The position numbers and the translations under genes were made by a program. DNA of 64,000 bases from Glaucostegus cemiculus (Eukaryota). This document shows, in pieces, positions 47,690 through 61,413 of this stretch; the stretch's first letter is position 1, and each line of letters opens with the position of its first letter. The stretch covers positions 38,378,001-38,442,000 of the forward strand of contig CDPCPM010000014.1 in assembly GCA_976551045.1 (NCBI GenBank). Direction: 5' to 3'. The notes beneath the pieces were generated by a model that saw only the letters and a program-made list of their open reading frames with translations, did not search any database and was not told where the DNA came from.

Positions 47690-50600
47690 ATGTACTTCAT
47701 CAACCCTGCAGCAGCTTCCTTGCATCGGATTCTATAGAGGGACCAGCACATTTTACAGCAAACTCAGTTTTAGATTTTCCATCTTTGTGTGTCATTTTCT
47801 AAAATTTCACCTGGACTTCTGGTTTGAGTTGTGTCAGATTATTGGTCTGTGAAGAGAGAGATAACACATTTCCTTGTATTGAATTTTGCCTGCTCTGTAT
47901 TTTGTGGGCAATATAAAAACATGAAGGGTCCTTGTGACCTAGTGGTAAATGAGACATTCAAATTTCACATGCACAGGATTGGAGTTTTTGAGGAAATTGT
48001 ATTTCCTTTATTTGACAATAATATTTGGATACTTTATTTTATATAAAAGTGCAATGTCAATCATGGATCTTCATTTAAAAATGTGAAAATCATTCATAGT
48101 AGACATTTTAAAATATTGCAACTTTTCCCATTGGTTAGATGATGTGAATATTTTTTATTTTTGATGTTTGAATGGAAGGGAATTGCACTTTGTGTGCTCA
48201 TGATGCTGTTTTATGTATTTCAGACGTGGTCTGAATTGGGCAAAGCTCCCTCCACTGTATTACCCATATTTTCACAGTTAAACTATTTTACACAAAGTAG
48301 TTAAATTCTGATTGAGGTAATCAAAAATAATTTTAGAAAGTGCATATAAAAATTGTCATTCTCTCCCAGGACATAGCAATTTTGAGTAAAAGTAATGATA
48401 GAAAATGTCAGCATGTGTAATGTTTTAGATATAGAATCCTTATTTCTGTTGATCCTATAACCATTAAATCTGTAATTTCCTGTTACAAATGCTAATAAAT
48501 CGGCAATGTTTTATCTATGATGAATTAAAGTAACAACAGAAGATGTGCGGATCTGTAAAAAGATGAGAGGTTGGCATTTTGAGCATAAACCCTTTAACAG
48601 ATTCCCAGTTTTAATGATAGCTGTCTACAATAAACACTGAATCTATAATGTCTGTACAAATGTTAATAAATTGGCAGTGCATTTCCAGAATTATCTGATC
48701 TTTTTAATTCTACAGCATGCATGATAAAATAGATGAGAGGATTTTTGTAATTTTCTTAACTCCTTTGAAAAAACATACCATGGTATTTAAGATCCAACAT
48801 AGAATTCAAATTCTGTAAGATGGTTTATACATTTCTTTGATACCTAACTATAAGGCATGTAACTGGCTATCTGTTAAAAAAACGAAGAACTGTAGTTTTT
48901 CGTGGATTTGTTTTTATTGAAGTTTAGTGTTTTACCGGGATGAAAATAGGAACAGATTACAAATTCATTTATAGTGGCACTCTCTTCAGGACAATTCAAT
49001 AAACCATTTGCTTGTCAAATAGAGAGGGAGCTAATTTTATTTTGCTTGCTTAAAACATGATTTTACAACTGCAATAGTAATACATGGATGTTATTAATCT
49101 TTCTTTTATGAATTTGAAACATCCATGCAAATATATTCAATTTTCAAATATATTTCAATTTGCAACTTTCTAAAGAGATGGAATGGTTTAAGTACTTTTG
49201 GTTTCTGAGGTAGCGTGAGAAAAACATATCGCAAAATTTTGTAACTACACGGAATGACCTCAGCCCAGGGTAAAAAAAAATCCGAGAACTGATCGGTAAC
49301 ACGCAAGCTTCCCATTAGCTTCGGTGACGTGACTGCAGCTGCGTTTCAGAAGTCTGGGGAGACTTGAGGACATTGCGCAGTGGGCACGGGATTTACTTTT
49401 TGTTCTTAACAAAGAAAGGTGTTGAAATAGTTTTGACAAATTGCTATAGATGTCCAAAAAAAGCCACCTTTTATATTTGATCTCTATTTAAAAAGAAACC
49501 ATTTTGGACAAAATTTTATTTGTAGTTCTGCCTCTAAGCTATGAATAGGAAGAAAAGGGAAAAGTATATACTGAAATTCAGCAGTGACAAGAGACTACTG
49601 GCTGAATAATGCAGTAACTTTGTGCTGGCTTTAAAGTAAACGGGGAGCTGTCAGTACATTAGGAGGAGGAACCTGCCCTGTCGGTACATTACTTGCACTG
49701 GGCTAGTATCACTGGTAAAAGGAGCATGGCACGCAGGTGTCTAAATTATTTACAGTCATAATCGTCCTTTATGTTACATCTCAAAGCCATGGCTCTGTTA
49801 TTCTTTTGCATAATTGATGGTGTTCAGAACTGGAAGAGTTAGAATAGCAGAAGTAATGTGATGCAAATGTGCAGTGAGGCAGAAAGTCAGTCAGCTGGCA
49901 TTGCGCTGCAGTGATGTGGTGGTACAGTAATCACTAGTTTGCGTGTATAAGCCCTGTACATGCACAGCTAGAAGTAGAGAAAGGAGCCATCCAAATATAA
50001 CAGGACCTGACACATAACAACGACTGGATGGCAGTCAGATCAGAAGGTATTGGTTCATAGTTACAAACCATCTGTAGTGGGGGAGGCGATGGTTCCAGAA
50101 GTGGCTGTCCCAGTGCTGCTGGGCACAAATTGTTGCAACTCATTTCTCATTTCTTAGTATAGCCCATTGCCATTTTGTGTTTGGTAGAAAAAAAATTGGA
50201 TAATCAAAGTTTTATTGATTGCAAACAAATCTGTATCTAAATGCTGCCATATTTTGTTCTAAAGTGATACAAAATATTGTATCATTCTACAATGAAACTT
50301 CTAAATTTTTAGACAGCATAACCATTTTTGCATTTTTTGTGCTGTGTTTTGTGTGTATGATCTAAAACTGCAGTAAGATTCTGCTGAAAAAAAGACTCTG
50401 AACAGATGATCAAAAGTCAATATACTTGTTTATAAAGGATCAACAGCTGTAAATTTATAAAGGATCACAGCTATAAATAAAATGATTCTAGATTAACTAT
50501 GAGTGTTTTTCAGTCTATAGCACATGTGGAACTCTGCTTATCAGGAATTCATTGTATTCCAAATCTGTGTTACATTAGAAGGTTAAAAACCCTGTACAGA

Positions 50601-53410
50601 AACTCATAGATTATTATTAACTGTTACAAATTACTGAATGTTAAGAAGGGTCAGAGACCATGAAGGGAAGGGAAGAGAAAGCATATATTTTATGTAGGTC
50701 CATAATTCTTTACCGCATTGCCAAAAGGATCACCTTTTTTTCCAGTGGTCTTTGAAAATCACATAAACAGAAATGTTTTCTCCTTAGTGTATTCCACTTT
50801 ACAGAGCTAAGCATGTATAAAAAGTTATGAGATTGTCATATACCTATTTCAGTAATGTATGTAGGTCAGTAATAGTTGCAGGACTAGGATGGAAAGACTC
50901 AAATTAAGGCCTTCTTTTGAACACTTTCTACCTGTATCATGTAGGATTTTGAAGTTGGTTCCAACAAATACATCAGAAAAGTATTGCCTCTTTTTTCAAC
51001 CAATAGATCCATATAAGGCAGGAGCTTATTTAATTACTGTTCACGAATAAGACCATTTTACATATTGTAGAATTATTGAACCAAGATAAAAATACAAACA
51101 TACTTTTGAGACAAACTTGTGTATTTATTCTTTTTTATTACATTCTGACTTTATTTGATTATGAGTTGCAGCATAAGATATAATATGGTTTTGATTGGTC
51201 ATTGAGAAAAATGCCTGTGCAATGAGTGTTATTGGAGTGCATCCTAAGATGATTTTAGCACTTTTTTTTCCTTGAAAATATCGCGATTGATATGCAGTTT
51301 CATAATGTGAAAGCAATTGCTTTTGTGCATTTTCCAAAAAGAGCATCATATAAGCTGCCTGATACATTTTGATTTTGCATTTCTAGACTAGGAAGGAATC
51401 GCACAGCTATAGATCAGAACATCTGCAGCTTTCTGCGCCCTTAGCCACCACACACCAACAATCCTCGTCAAAATAAATTGTAGTCTTGAGCTTCGACTGC
51501 TGGAGAGTGACAGGAAAGGACAGGTGATAGCTGAACCGTTAGTAAAGCAACATCCTTATCTCCACAAGAAATGCCTCAATGTGTATGTATTCTTAGCCTT
51601 AAACATCAGGTGTGTTTTCCTTTACCTCCTTATACCATTTCCTTTATAACTGTATGCTTTGATATTGTCTGATGGAACAATTGCATGAGGCAAGCAGTCA
51701 AGGAAAATGCCTTTTATTTGCTCATTTTGTGGTTAGTTTGCAGCACCATCTTATTCACTTCAGCTGAATGGAGCCAATGGAATGAAAATTGATGGCAGAA
51801 CTTACAAAAGGTTCATGAGGAAAATAAAGAAAAATCTAAAAACCTATATATTCAGATGAGATTATATTCTCTTTCACTTTTTTCATCTTTGGACAACACA
51901 GTGGTTAATACTTCATTAACATTAAATAAGTATGAATTTCTTCAACAGAGGAAAATGTTCCAGGATTTTGCTTCCATTATTTTTCCTGAGATGACAATAA
52001 ATTCATTTATCATAAATGTTAAAGCCTCTCATTAAATTAGAGAAGATATAATTTGTTAAATCATCATTTTGGATTTGAGCAAATAACAATGAGGAGTAAA
52101 ACATGCTAAATATCTAATTTCAAACAATCTTCCGCTATCTAATGAAGCAGCACAGAAATATTAGTCTAGTTCTTTGAGGATTAGAGAATGAAGTGTCCTA
52201 ATAGACCATAAAACAGTTTCCTTCTGTTTTAAAATTACAATCGGCTGAAAATCCACTACAGCCTAGCAACCACCGCAGACAAGCAGATAATTAAGTTTCA
52301 GGGAGGAGGATCTGAGTTGCTGCCATTAATGTGTCACTTTCTGCGCATTCATTTCCCTATTGCACTTCAAAAAACAGGACTGTGTATGTTTGGGGAGCTG
52401 GTAGGGGGTTAATGAAAGCACTGATTAATGAATCATTATCTGTACACAGAGAAAGACTTGAAATATGTTTTATAATCAAGTTTCTTTGCAATGGGAAATC
52501 AAAACCATTCATCTATCAGGGCAGATTAAGCCATTTTAAAATTTGTTTCAGACAGCGCGATCGATGCTCGAGTTGCCATTTCAACCCATTGGAGCGTTAA
52601 CATTTCTCGTGCTATAAATTCTTGCTGTGTGCACGCAAGTGGCGGAATGGGAAACATACTCAGACCTGACAGGCTTCAACTCTCAAATTTCAATTAAATC
52701 AAGTTTCATTTGACAATATCCCTAACTACAGCATAAAAGAGCATATTATTAAATATACACTCTTCACAAAGGAAGGAAGGCAATTTATAATTATCTCATA
52801 AACTAATGCTAGACTGCACCATAAAAGATGAACCATTGAAGACTGCCTGATATCTAAGTTAAATTTACAATTTTTTAGTTACATTTAAAAGTATTTTTGT
52901 TGTATATTATGCACGTAAGTGGTAAAGTACTTCATGTTTTACCTCCTAATTTTGCTTCATTATTTTGGTTTTAAAACATGGTAAATTTAATATACAAACA
53001 AACACGAATGTATTTAAAACATACACCAGGCATTCATTTTAAAATTAATATAAATATATAAGCTCTTTTTCAAAAAGACACAAAGGCAGTGGTTGTGAAA
53101 TGGTAAGACTTTAATCCACAAAACACTTTCCTATCATTTCTATGGGAATTTATTCACAGGAAATTGTTACATTCAGTTGCATTATTGGAACCCGTGACAT
53201 GTCTGCCAAATAATGTAGTTCTACATCAATATGTACAATATATCTCTGCCACACAGCAATCCACAGAATAATAAGATAGGAGAAAAATTATACTCACAGT
53301 TCATACATGGTTGTTGAATGGTTATCTGATTTGTAACATTTAAATAACTATTTTGAATTCAGAAACTGATTTTTGGACTGATTAATAACAGAATGAGATT
53401 TTTAAAGTGC

Positions 53411-53475
53411 AAGTAACTATATTACCCTCCCATTATCCTTGTTTTGAGGATAATGGGAGGGTAACATAATTATTT
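53411..53475. repeat. Near-perfect inverted repeat (hairpin)
   Basis: TTACCCTCCCATTATCCT (53422-53439) is the exact reverse complement of AGGATAATGGGAGGGTAA (53447-53464); the stem extends imperfectly to 29 bp. Confidence 0.95.
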
Positions 53476-54510
53476 CATAAGATTAATTAAATATTATTCA
53501 ATCAGTTAAAATCCTTTTTGCATTTAAGCTTTTATTATTTTATCGAAGTGATGACATCAGAGTAGAGTTAAGAATTTAGAAAAACTGTTGGTTAGTCAGT
53601 CCAGATCACAGAAAACTAAAGTATCCAGTTCCTTTAGTGACGGTCAACTAATTTGTATTTTGAGATAATCTGTGATTCTCTTTTTAGTTAACTGATCTAT
53701 TCCTTGCTAGAAAAATAACTTCCTTCATTAATTTTATAGGATGAAAATTATAGAGGTTTAATATAAGGCGTTTGGTGAATTCTGTTGAAATAGTTAATAT
53801 TGGTTAAACAGAAAAATTGCAAGTAACTACAGTGAGACTTTAATAAACAAAGTATAAATGAACCCTATTTTACTAAATTTAAGAACATTAAAAACAAAGT
53901 ATTGAAACATTAATTTTTACATAGTACTTTCTTTCAAAACTAGGCTCTTTCACACCAGTTCAATTTTGGAACAAGACATGAATTCTTAAAAAAAATCATT
54001 GCAATTTGTCACAGAGAAGGTGGATTCGAAACAAATTGATATTGGCAGTGAATTGAAAACACCATGAGACAATAAACTGGGAGGATCTTAATAAAAACTT
54101 TGATTGTAAATTGATTTGAACCAGGCTGTGCCGCTGTAGCTGCAGCTATTGGGCAGTGTAAAAGCTGCAAAATCAACCAACCTTTTGTTCGAACCGTAAC
54201 AAAGGTCTGCATTTGGGTTTTCTTAATTATATAGATATTCTTTATTTAAAAAATCGAGTTATCTAAGTAAATCAAATGCAGTGCTGAAATGTAATCAATT
54301 TTTTAAAAAATCAGCTATATTAAATTTTTGGTGCTGCCCATCACAAACCGAGCGACTGCATCGAATTGACTCGCAAATCTTGGTCTTTATTTTTTTTGCT
54401 GGCTTCTATCTGTCGTATCTCCTCTTTCATGCTTCTGTGATTATGCAAAGAAAATGCAGAAAGATTGAATATTTAGGAGTCACCAAGTAGATAAGTTTTC
54501 CTGCTTACGA

Positions 54511-54529
54511 CAGCGCCATCGAGTGCAGT
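54511..54529 (-). promoter_or_regulatory. Candidate intronic CTCF site
   Basis: Reverse complement ACTGCACTCGATGGCGCTG resembles the CTCF core CCACTAGATGGCGCTG; lies in a local CpG-retaining patch (~54340-54590). Confidence 0.4.
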
Positions 54530-57500
54530 CACATCGTACTCTGCTGAAATCTAATTCGTATGTGACAATCGTAGCTATCAAAATGTGACGCTAATATTTT
54601 CAGACCATGAATTTAAGAAAGAAATTAACAGAGACAAAATCCCTTCCCTGGAACCTCAAGATATGCACTTTCCAATACCAGTCCAAAAATACACTAAACC
54701 ATCATTGTGATACTATCTTTAGAAGCTATAGACTCCTCAAGCAGCTGTTTCATATAGACTATTGGAGAGGGAGCTGTAAATAATGTTTGCTATGCCAAAG
54801 AACATTACAGTGTTGGAGGCTGATCTTAAACAGATATTTTATGTACTTTTTACATTGGAGAGAAAAAAGGTTAAGTATTGCATTTTGATCAGCGGTGAAA
54901 TGTTCTACAAATAGTTTGAGTCATCGTGCCTCAGCCAAGTAGCCCATGAATAATATTGAGAAAAAAAACTGATTAAAGATCACTTGAGAGGAAAGGAGCC
55001 CAGAATGGTTATTGTGCTCATCGTATTCTCCTAACCTGACCCAAGGGAAAGGAACATATTCTAAATTACATTTAAAGTCAAGGAATATTGCAAACAAGAA
55101 CAAATGATGCAATTCCTGAGCACATTTCCTTTATTTTTATTCCGCACTTCCCCCTGAAAAATTGTGAACGGTGTCATCTTTCCTAGCCATATAACGGTCA
55201 AAATACTCCTTCACCAGCCTCAGGGTTAACGGATATAAACTCTTTTGATTCATTCCAGAGCACAATATTCTTATGTCAGAGATCCATGCTGTGTGGAAGC
55301 TAGTTTTCACTCCAAATTATCTGCCTCTGTCTGATTTGGCTGTGCTAGTCAGGCGGTTAATGTTAATAACATGGAGGATAGATCAAAGGGCTCTTTGCTG
55401 CCAATGAGCACAAGACATTTGATGTTTTGAGCAAGGAATTCTCCAAGACTGGAACATCCATTAGAACAGGTGCCTTAGAGTGACTCCCCAAGCTCAGATT
55501 CGAAAAGATAATTTTTAAAGGCTTTGCAAAGACAAAGCACCTTTCATACACTGCCTGCTCAATACACAATAGCACAGATGAGTGACACATTTTTACACAT
55601 TATTACCCAACTTATTTTACTCTTTCCTTCTGCTTTAAACCTTTAAAAACTTCCATTTCGGTTGACTTGTCAAGTTACATCCAAGCCTAGTGACTTGAAA
55701 CTATTGTTTTAAGTGCGTGTGTTTCTAAAATGAGTTGTGCCTAAAAAGTCAAACCCTTGGATGGAAAGTTCATTTCAGAAAAGCACCCTGGCCTCATTCT
55801 AAATATTGAATATAACAGAGGCTTCATTCAGAAAGCTACGAGAAGTGGTTCCTGATATTCTCACATTACGTTGTATGTTGTTTTGGGACATTCACTGTAG
55901 CACACACCTCATTACAATATAAAAACACTTGGGGTTTAATTTCCTCCCTGTGCTATTTTTGGCATTTGCATTAAACTCCTGTATGCACTATTTAATATCT
56001 TTATTAACCCATTTTATTTTAAATGGGTTAACGACTATATTAAAAAAGCACAGAATTGAATTTAACACATGCATTATTCAGCATGTTAAAACAGCAGGCA
56101 GAAAATTATTCCGCATATGTGTTGAAATTGTGTTACACAGTATTAACACGTTCAGATGAAATTCCTTTCTCTCCTAATTTAATGAAGTGTTAGCCCATAT
56201 ATTTTATGTTTTAGTTAAAAAAAATGGGCAGAGCAATTTCATAAAAATGCATTCGTTGCTGACATTGAAAGTTTCGTGCTACTGGCTCCTAAAATAGAGT
56301 TGTATCAACAGTAGAATGTACCTATTAAGACTGTTTTTTTTTGTATTATTTTGGCATCAGTGACATATTCTCTTGGGCACTGACCATGTGCCAAAGCGTA
56401 GTACAGAAATGAATGAATGCGCAGTGGTGCTGAAATTTGTGCTGAGCGTGGTACCACCTGCAAGTGTTGATTTCACATTGGTAACCACGTGTACTTGTAA
56501 CAGAATGAATGCACCTGGTGTGAAGCCTGACAGTAAATTAGTTTTAGAAGTTTATAAAAATAATCTAGGAGACTGTGATACCACTATCTCTACTGCTGTG
56601 TTTAAAAAGCATAGGCAATGCCACAAGCTCTTTTCAGTCATTAAGAGTACGTGACCAGCAGGCAGTCGCTGGTAAGCAATGACCCATGTCTACTTTTCAG
56701 TGGACAGGCACACAGCAGCGCCTTCCCCACTGTGATACGAGGCAGTGATGTTAACACCAACATCTGATTGCGTTGGTTTTCAAATGTACCTAATATATTA
56801 AAAACAAAGTATTATGTAAAAGAGTGTTGAAAACATTCATCAAGGAAACCAGAGGACTTCTTCACATTAAATCTCAGCTCCTCGTCATGGAACCATCTCT
56901 CATTTACAATGTAATATAGGCCTAGGAATGAAAGATGCCTAACTTCGGTTCACTAACCTATTTTACACTGAGATTTTATACATGTTGGGATATACATATT
57001 GCTGAGCGAACATTTCACAAATTATCAAAGAAAAAGGCAGCAAGGTCATGAAATAACTTTTTTATTCATCAGTTAAACAGACTGTATAAGAAATTTGTAG
57101 GTATAAAACAAAACTTGCAAATTAAAATTTTATTTTTGTAAATGCATGTTTTCTCCAGATTTGATGTAATTTATATCATAACTAGATTAGCACCAGGATC
57201 TCAGTAAAAATACTACTGTCAGTAATTCCCACTGTTCATTAATAGTGGCAGGTTTTGCCTGCATTGCTGGTCATTTGTAATGCCAACTGACAGTACATCG
57301 GAATATAAGCGTCCCTCCCATAAAAGAAGGAGTAGTGGAGACACTACAACTCCTCTGTGTTTAGAGAATGAGCAATGAAGAACATAACTTCTAAAAACAG
57401 CATCCGATACTCTTTGGTTCTGCTCTGGAGCAAAGGTTTGGTGCATTTCAAAGTAGATGGGATGAAGCTTTGTCAGGCTTATATAAAAATGAAATTGGCT

Positions 57501-60500
57501 GCAAGACAAGTGTAGTGGTGGTGTCAGTCCATCTTCCAGCACTTGTCCATTTGAGAAGACTCATATCCTTCCCTGACCTGGACAGATAGTGTACAGTAAG
57601 AGAGTGCACAGAACCGGGTCCTTGCAGCAATCCACTTTATGGGCACTTACCTCCACTTGAATAAAATAATCAATTAGATTGAATCCCACTTGTACCTGAA
57701 AGACTACAAAATAACTTTGAGATATAAACCACTGTTTTTTCTCTGAAGCCCAGGAAATCATTAATTCCTTTGCTAGCATAATTTATTGCAGCAACGTGCT
57801 TTCATGATGACATAACAATGACAATTATTATGTGATATTACCCTGGGAGAAGATAAAATATGCAAAATAGCGCTGTTCTCACCTGTCACGTAATTGAAAA
57901 AGTGCAGAAATTACCACAGAGTTCTGGTCAAATCCACCCCTCAAGAACAAATGTGAAGAAAATGGCACATAAAGGGAGCTGTCTTCAGTGAATGATATGC
58001 AGAAATGTTTGAACTGTGTAGTTTAATGTGATACACTGAATTTGTTTGCTCAGTACGGTGCCATTTCCATCAGTTTATAATTGCGTAGAGTCAGTTTGGG
58101 AAAAAGGAAACAGCCCTAGGGTCAGTGTAGAATATTTTATAATTTGAATATTCACAGACTGTAGAGATGTACAGAATGCTTTAATACTGTTACTAGTATA
58201 CTTAACTAAATTGTACTGAGGTAAAAATTTCTCTGGTCATTATATGCAAAAACAGCTGTTTGCAAAGAACTTTTAAAGTTTGATTTTTCAAGTGAAATTA
58301 TAAGCTGAAGAAATGCATAAATAATCCTTTTAAATGGAGTAACCAGGAAAGTGATGCATTCATATATGGTGCAAAACTCCAGGCTAACCATGTCATAGAG
58401 AACTGTGATTTTTTTTTACTGATGATTTACAGTGTTGCTGTGCATTTGTAAAATCATTTGTTATCCACAGAATAGACTTTACTGGCCAACTCTGGTTAGC
58501 TCTGGTGTCTCTCAAATGATGAGCCCTGATAGTTTGTACTCGACAATCCAGTTTGGTTTGCTGTTTCATCCATTGCCTTGTAATTTAATACAACTTTCAT
58601 CTTGTAATACGCCCTACATTCCCTCTGCAGCTTGCCCAGTTGAAGAAGAGCTTCCTTCTGCAGATTGGACCAGATTTCTCCTCTCCCCAGATCCAGTTCT
58701 GTGGTTTTAAGACTTGGAAGAGAGGGAGTAGGGAGGAGGGATGAGGGAAACTGACTCCCAACTAACTGCAACCTGAATTGGGCCTTTTCTTCAACAACTG
58801 TTTGCTTTGGATCAAAGTGAACTCTGGAGGAAATGGTGAACAGCTCCAATGGGAGTGGGTACCATATGGGATAAATTAGTAACCGCAACACTGGTCCTGT
58901 TTGAAATGTCTGACTAGCCTTGTCAGAGTGTGACTAGAAAGCACTTTTATCACATCTAGGGTGGGAGTGGGGAAGACATAGAAGTGTAAATGCAGTAGAT
59001 TCAATTGTCGCAGCTTTAAGAATTACTCAGAATCATACGATCTCACAGGAAGCAGACTATGATGTTTGGATCATGCGTGAAAGCTTAATGACCACCCATT
59101 TCTTTATTTTTCTAAATGAAGTACACATTTGTTAAATAGGTTTTCAGAAAACAAGAAAACAAAGGAAATATAGATTTTAGCCCTACTCATGGCAAATTGA
59201 TGAACTCAAATAATAGCCAATCAGTTTGATCTGCTTGTTAGGAATCATATCACAATTGTGATTTCTGTTGTCATAAGTACTAATTTTACAAGAATATGTG
59301 GTGTTTAAATATCATTGGATATGAAAATTAAAGTCCTGCACATTTGTAACTATGGGTTTGCTCAAATTATTGATTCATTTTTTTGTTTTCCTAATGGATC
59401 ATAGCTATAAGGGAGAACTAACTATCAATTTAAAGCAGAGAAGGTTAATTTCCCGTCCTTTGTCTTGGCTGGACTTTTGCTTTTTTAAGAAAAGATAGGA
59501 TACAGCTGTCATTGAGCTGCTGTCGTATCTAAAGGAACAACAGTTCCAAATTGCATCAGAGATCTGTATGAGAAGAGAATGGTTCAGTGGCAGAAACGGA
59601 CAAATGCAGTAATTCAAATTGCAAGCAATATTTTTATTATCAGCAGAGAATTCGATCAATTTTGAATGAGAGCTGAGGAAGTGGGGGTATGGAGAGCTCG
59701 ATCATGATTCATACATTTCAGATACCTGAAAGTATAAGATTTGCAGTTACGTGGCAGAACTCTGCTCCATTTCTTAACTTAAAAACAGTCTTAAAAATAT
59801 TTTGTAGCCTTAAAAAAAAGGATTAAAGTGAAGAAGCCATCCACAGCCAGAGGGTCTGCACCATTTGAGGAATTCAAGATTTGAACTAGCTCTTGTTGCT
59901 TTTCTGTTGCCCTGCTACTTTGAAACTTAAAAAAAATCTTTATATGATACACCATTTAGGAAGTGCTCTTTAACGCTTTTAATTGCTTCAGGCTAAAACA
60001 AATTCACACTTAACTCCACCCCTTTTGAGAAAGTGGCCCACTTCTGCTGATGGGCAGATGAAGGGGGTTTGGCAGATGTAGAGAATCTTAGAAGTGAACC
60101 ATGTCTCTCAGGAGGTTTACAGCACCTGAGATGCTTGCTTACAGATGTTCTCTCTGAATAGAGCAATGAAAATTTCACTAATCTAGCTACCCGATCTACA
60201 TTTTGGGCCTTTTGGGAAGTGTTCGATTCTGCTAAGTCATGTTCTGTGGAAGAGTTAAAATGAGTTAATTGCATTACCTTCCCACGGTATTTAATATATT
60301 TATCATTGCACAACTTTTAAGTGCTGGAAAATATTTTGTTCTTATTTGTATTGCCTTATAATATGTTTTAAAATTCAGTAGAAAACATTCTTATGACTGC
60401 AAGGCCATAATTCTACTGCAGTAAATGCTGTTTCTGCATAATTCATGCTTCTTATTTTTCTGTTGGGTCTTATGTTTTTATTGAGTTAGTGTAATATTTC

Positions 60501-61084
60501 ACATTTTATGTTCTTATCTCTTTTTGGGTAATAACTCTCAGTTAATGGCTCTTAAAAATATTGTATTTTAATGATGTCTCCTTGAAGACTTCATCTTTGA
60601 ACAGTTGGGGAACAAAATAAAAATCAATATATAGGCCGCACTGTTACACAAAGTACTTGTTTGGTGAAGTTAAGTTTTGGAAAACTCCTGACTTGTGTTT
60701 AAGCTAATACATCTTTTCTGAAAAGCTATTAGTCAACAATGAAAAAAGTCAAGTTTTGAAATCCTATTTCATGAATAATGTACAGTGATAGATTTTACAG
60801 CCTCATTGCTTCAGTATAGTGTGAAGAAAAATGGGAAATAAACATTGAGTTTTAGATTGCATAAATTTTATAAGATGAACACACCGGTGTATAAATCACA
60901 CTAGTCCATCCCACTAACCCCTTCCCTCCACTTTTAAGCTCCTTCCAAAAATGCTCAGAAAGTCTTCTACACCAGATTTTCTACTACGTACAACCAGGTG
61001 CTGAAAATTGATTTTAGGGAACGATTCTTGCTTTAGAAAGACCCTCTCAACATTGTGCCTTGAGCTATGTTTACACAGGCTGTA

Positions 61085-61413
61085 TTAAAAACAGAAAATG
61101 CTGGAAAAAGTCAGCAGTTCAGGCAGCATCCGTGAAAAGTGAAACAGAACTGAGAAAGAGATAAACAAGTTAGTCTAAGTAGCAGAGAGGGTGAGAGAGG
61201 GCAACGGGTGGAACAAAGAGATTTTCTCTGACAGGGTGAAATAAGATGGCCGTTAAGAAGCAATTAAGCTCCTTCAACTGTAGTGTGCTGCTCATGTTGT
61301 AAAGTCTGTGTAATGTTACTTCTCTTTACACTGACGCTGCCTGACCTGCTGAGTGTTTTCCAGCATTTTCTGTTTTTATTTCAGATTCCAGTGTCTGCAG
61401 GTTTTTTGATTTT
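61085..61413. mobile_element. Fold-back Penelope-like terminal-repeat derivative (~330 bp)
   Basis: Left arm AAAAACAGAAAATGCTGGAAAAAGTCAGCAGTTCAGGCAGCATC pairs with right arm GACGCTGCCTGACCTGCTGAGTGTTTTCCAGCATTTTCTGTTTTT. Confidence 0.8.

Noticed and set aside
50429-50477. Two-copy ~25-nt tandem duplication (TTTATAAAGGATCA(A)CAGCT.TAAA)
   Set aside because: Ordinary slippage duplication with no further structure.
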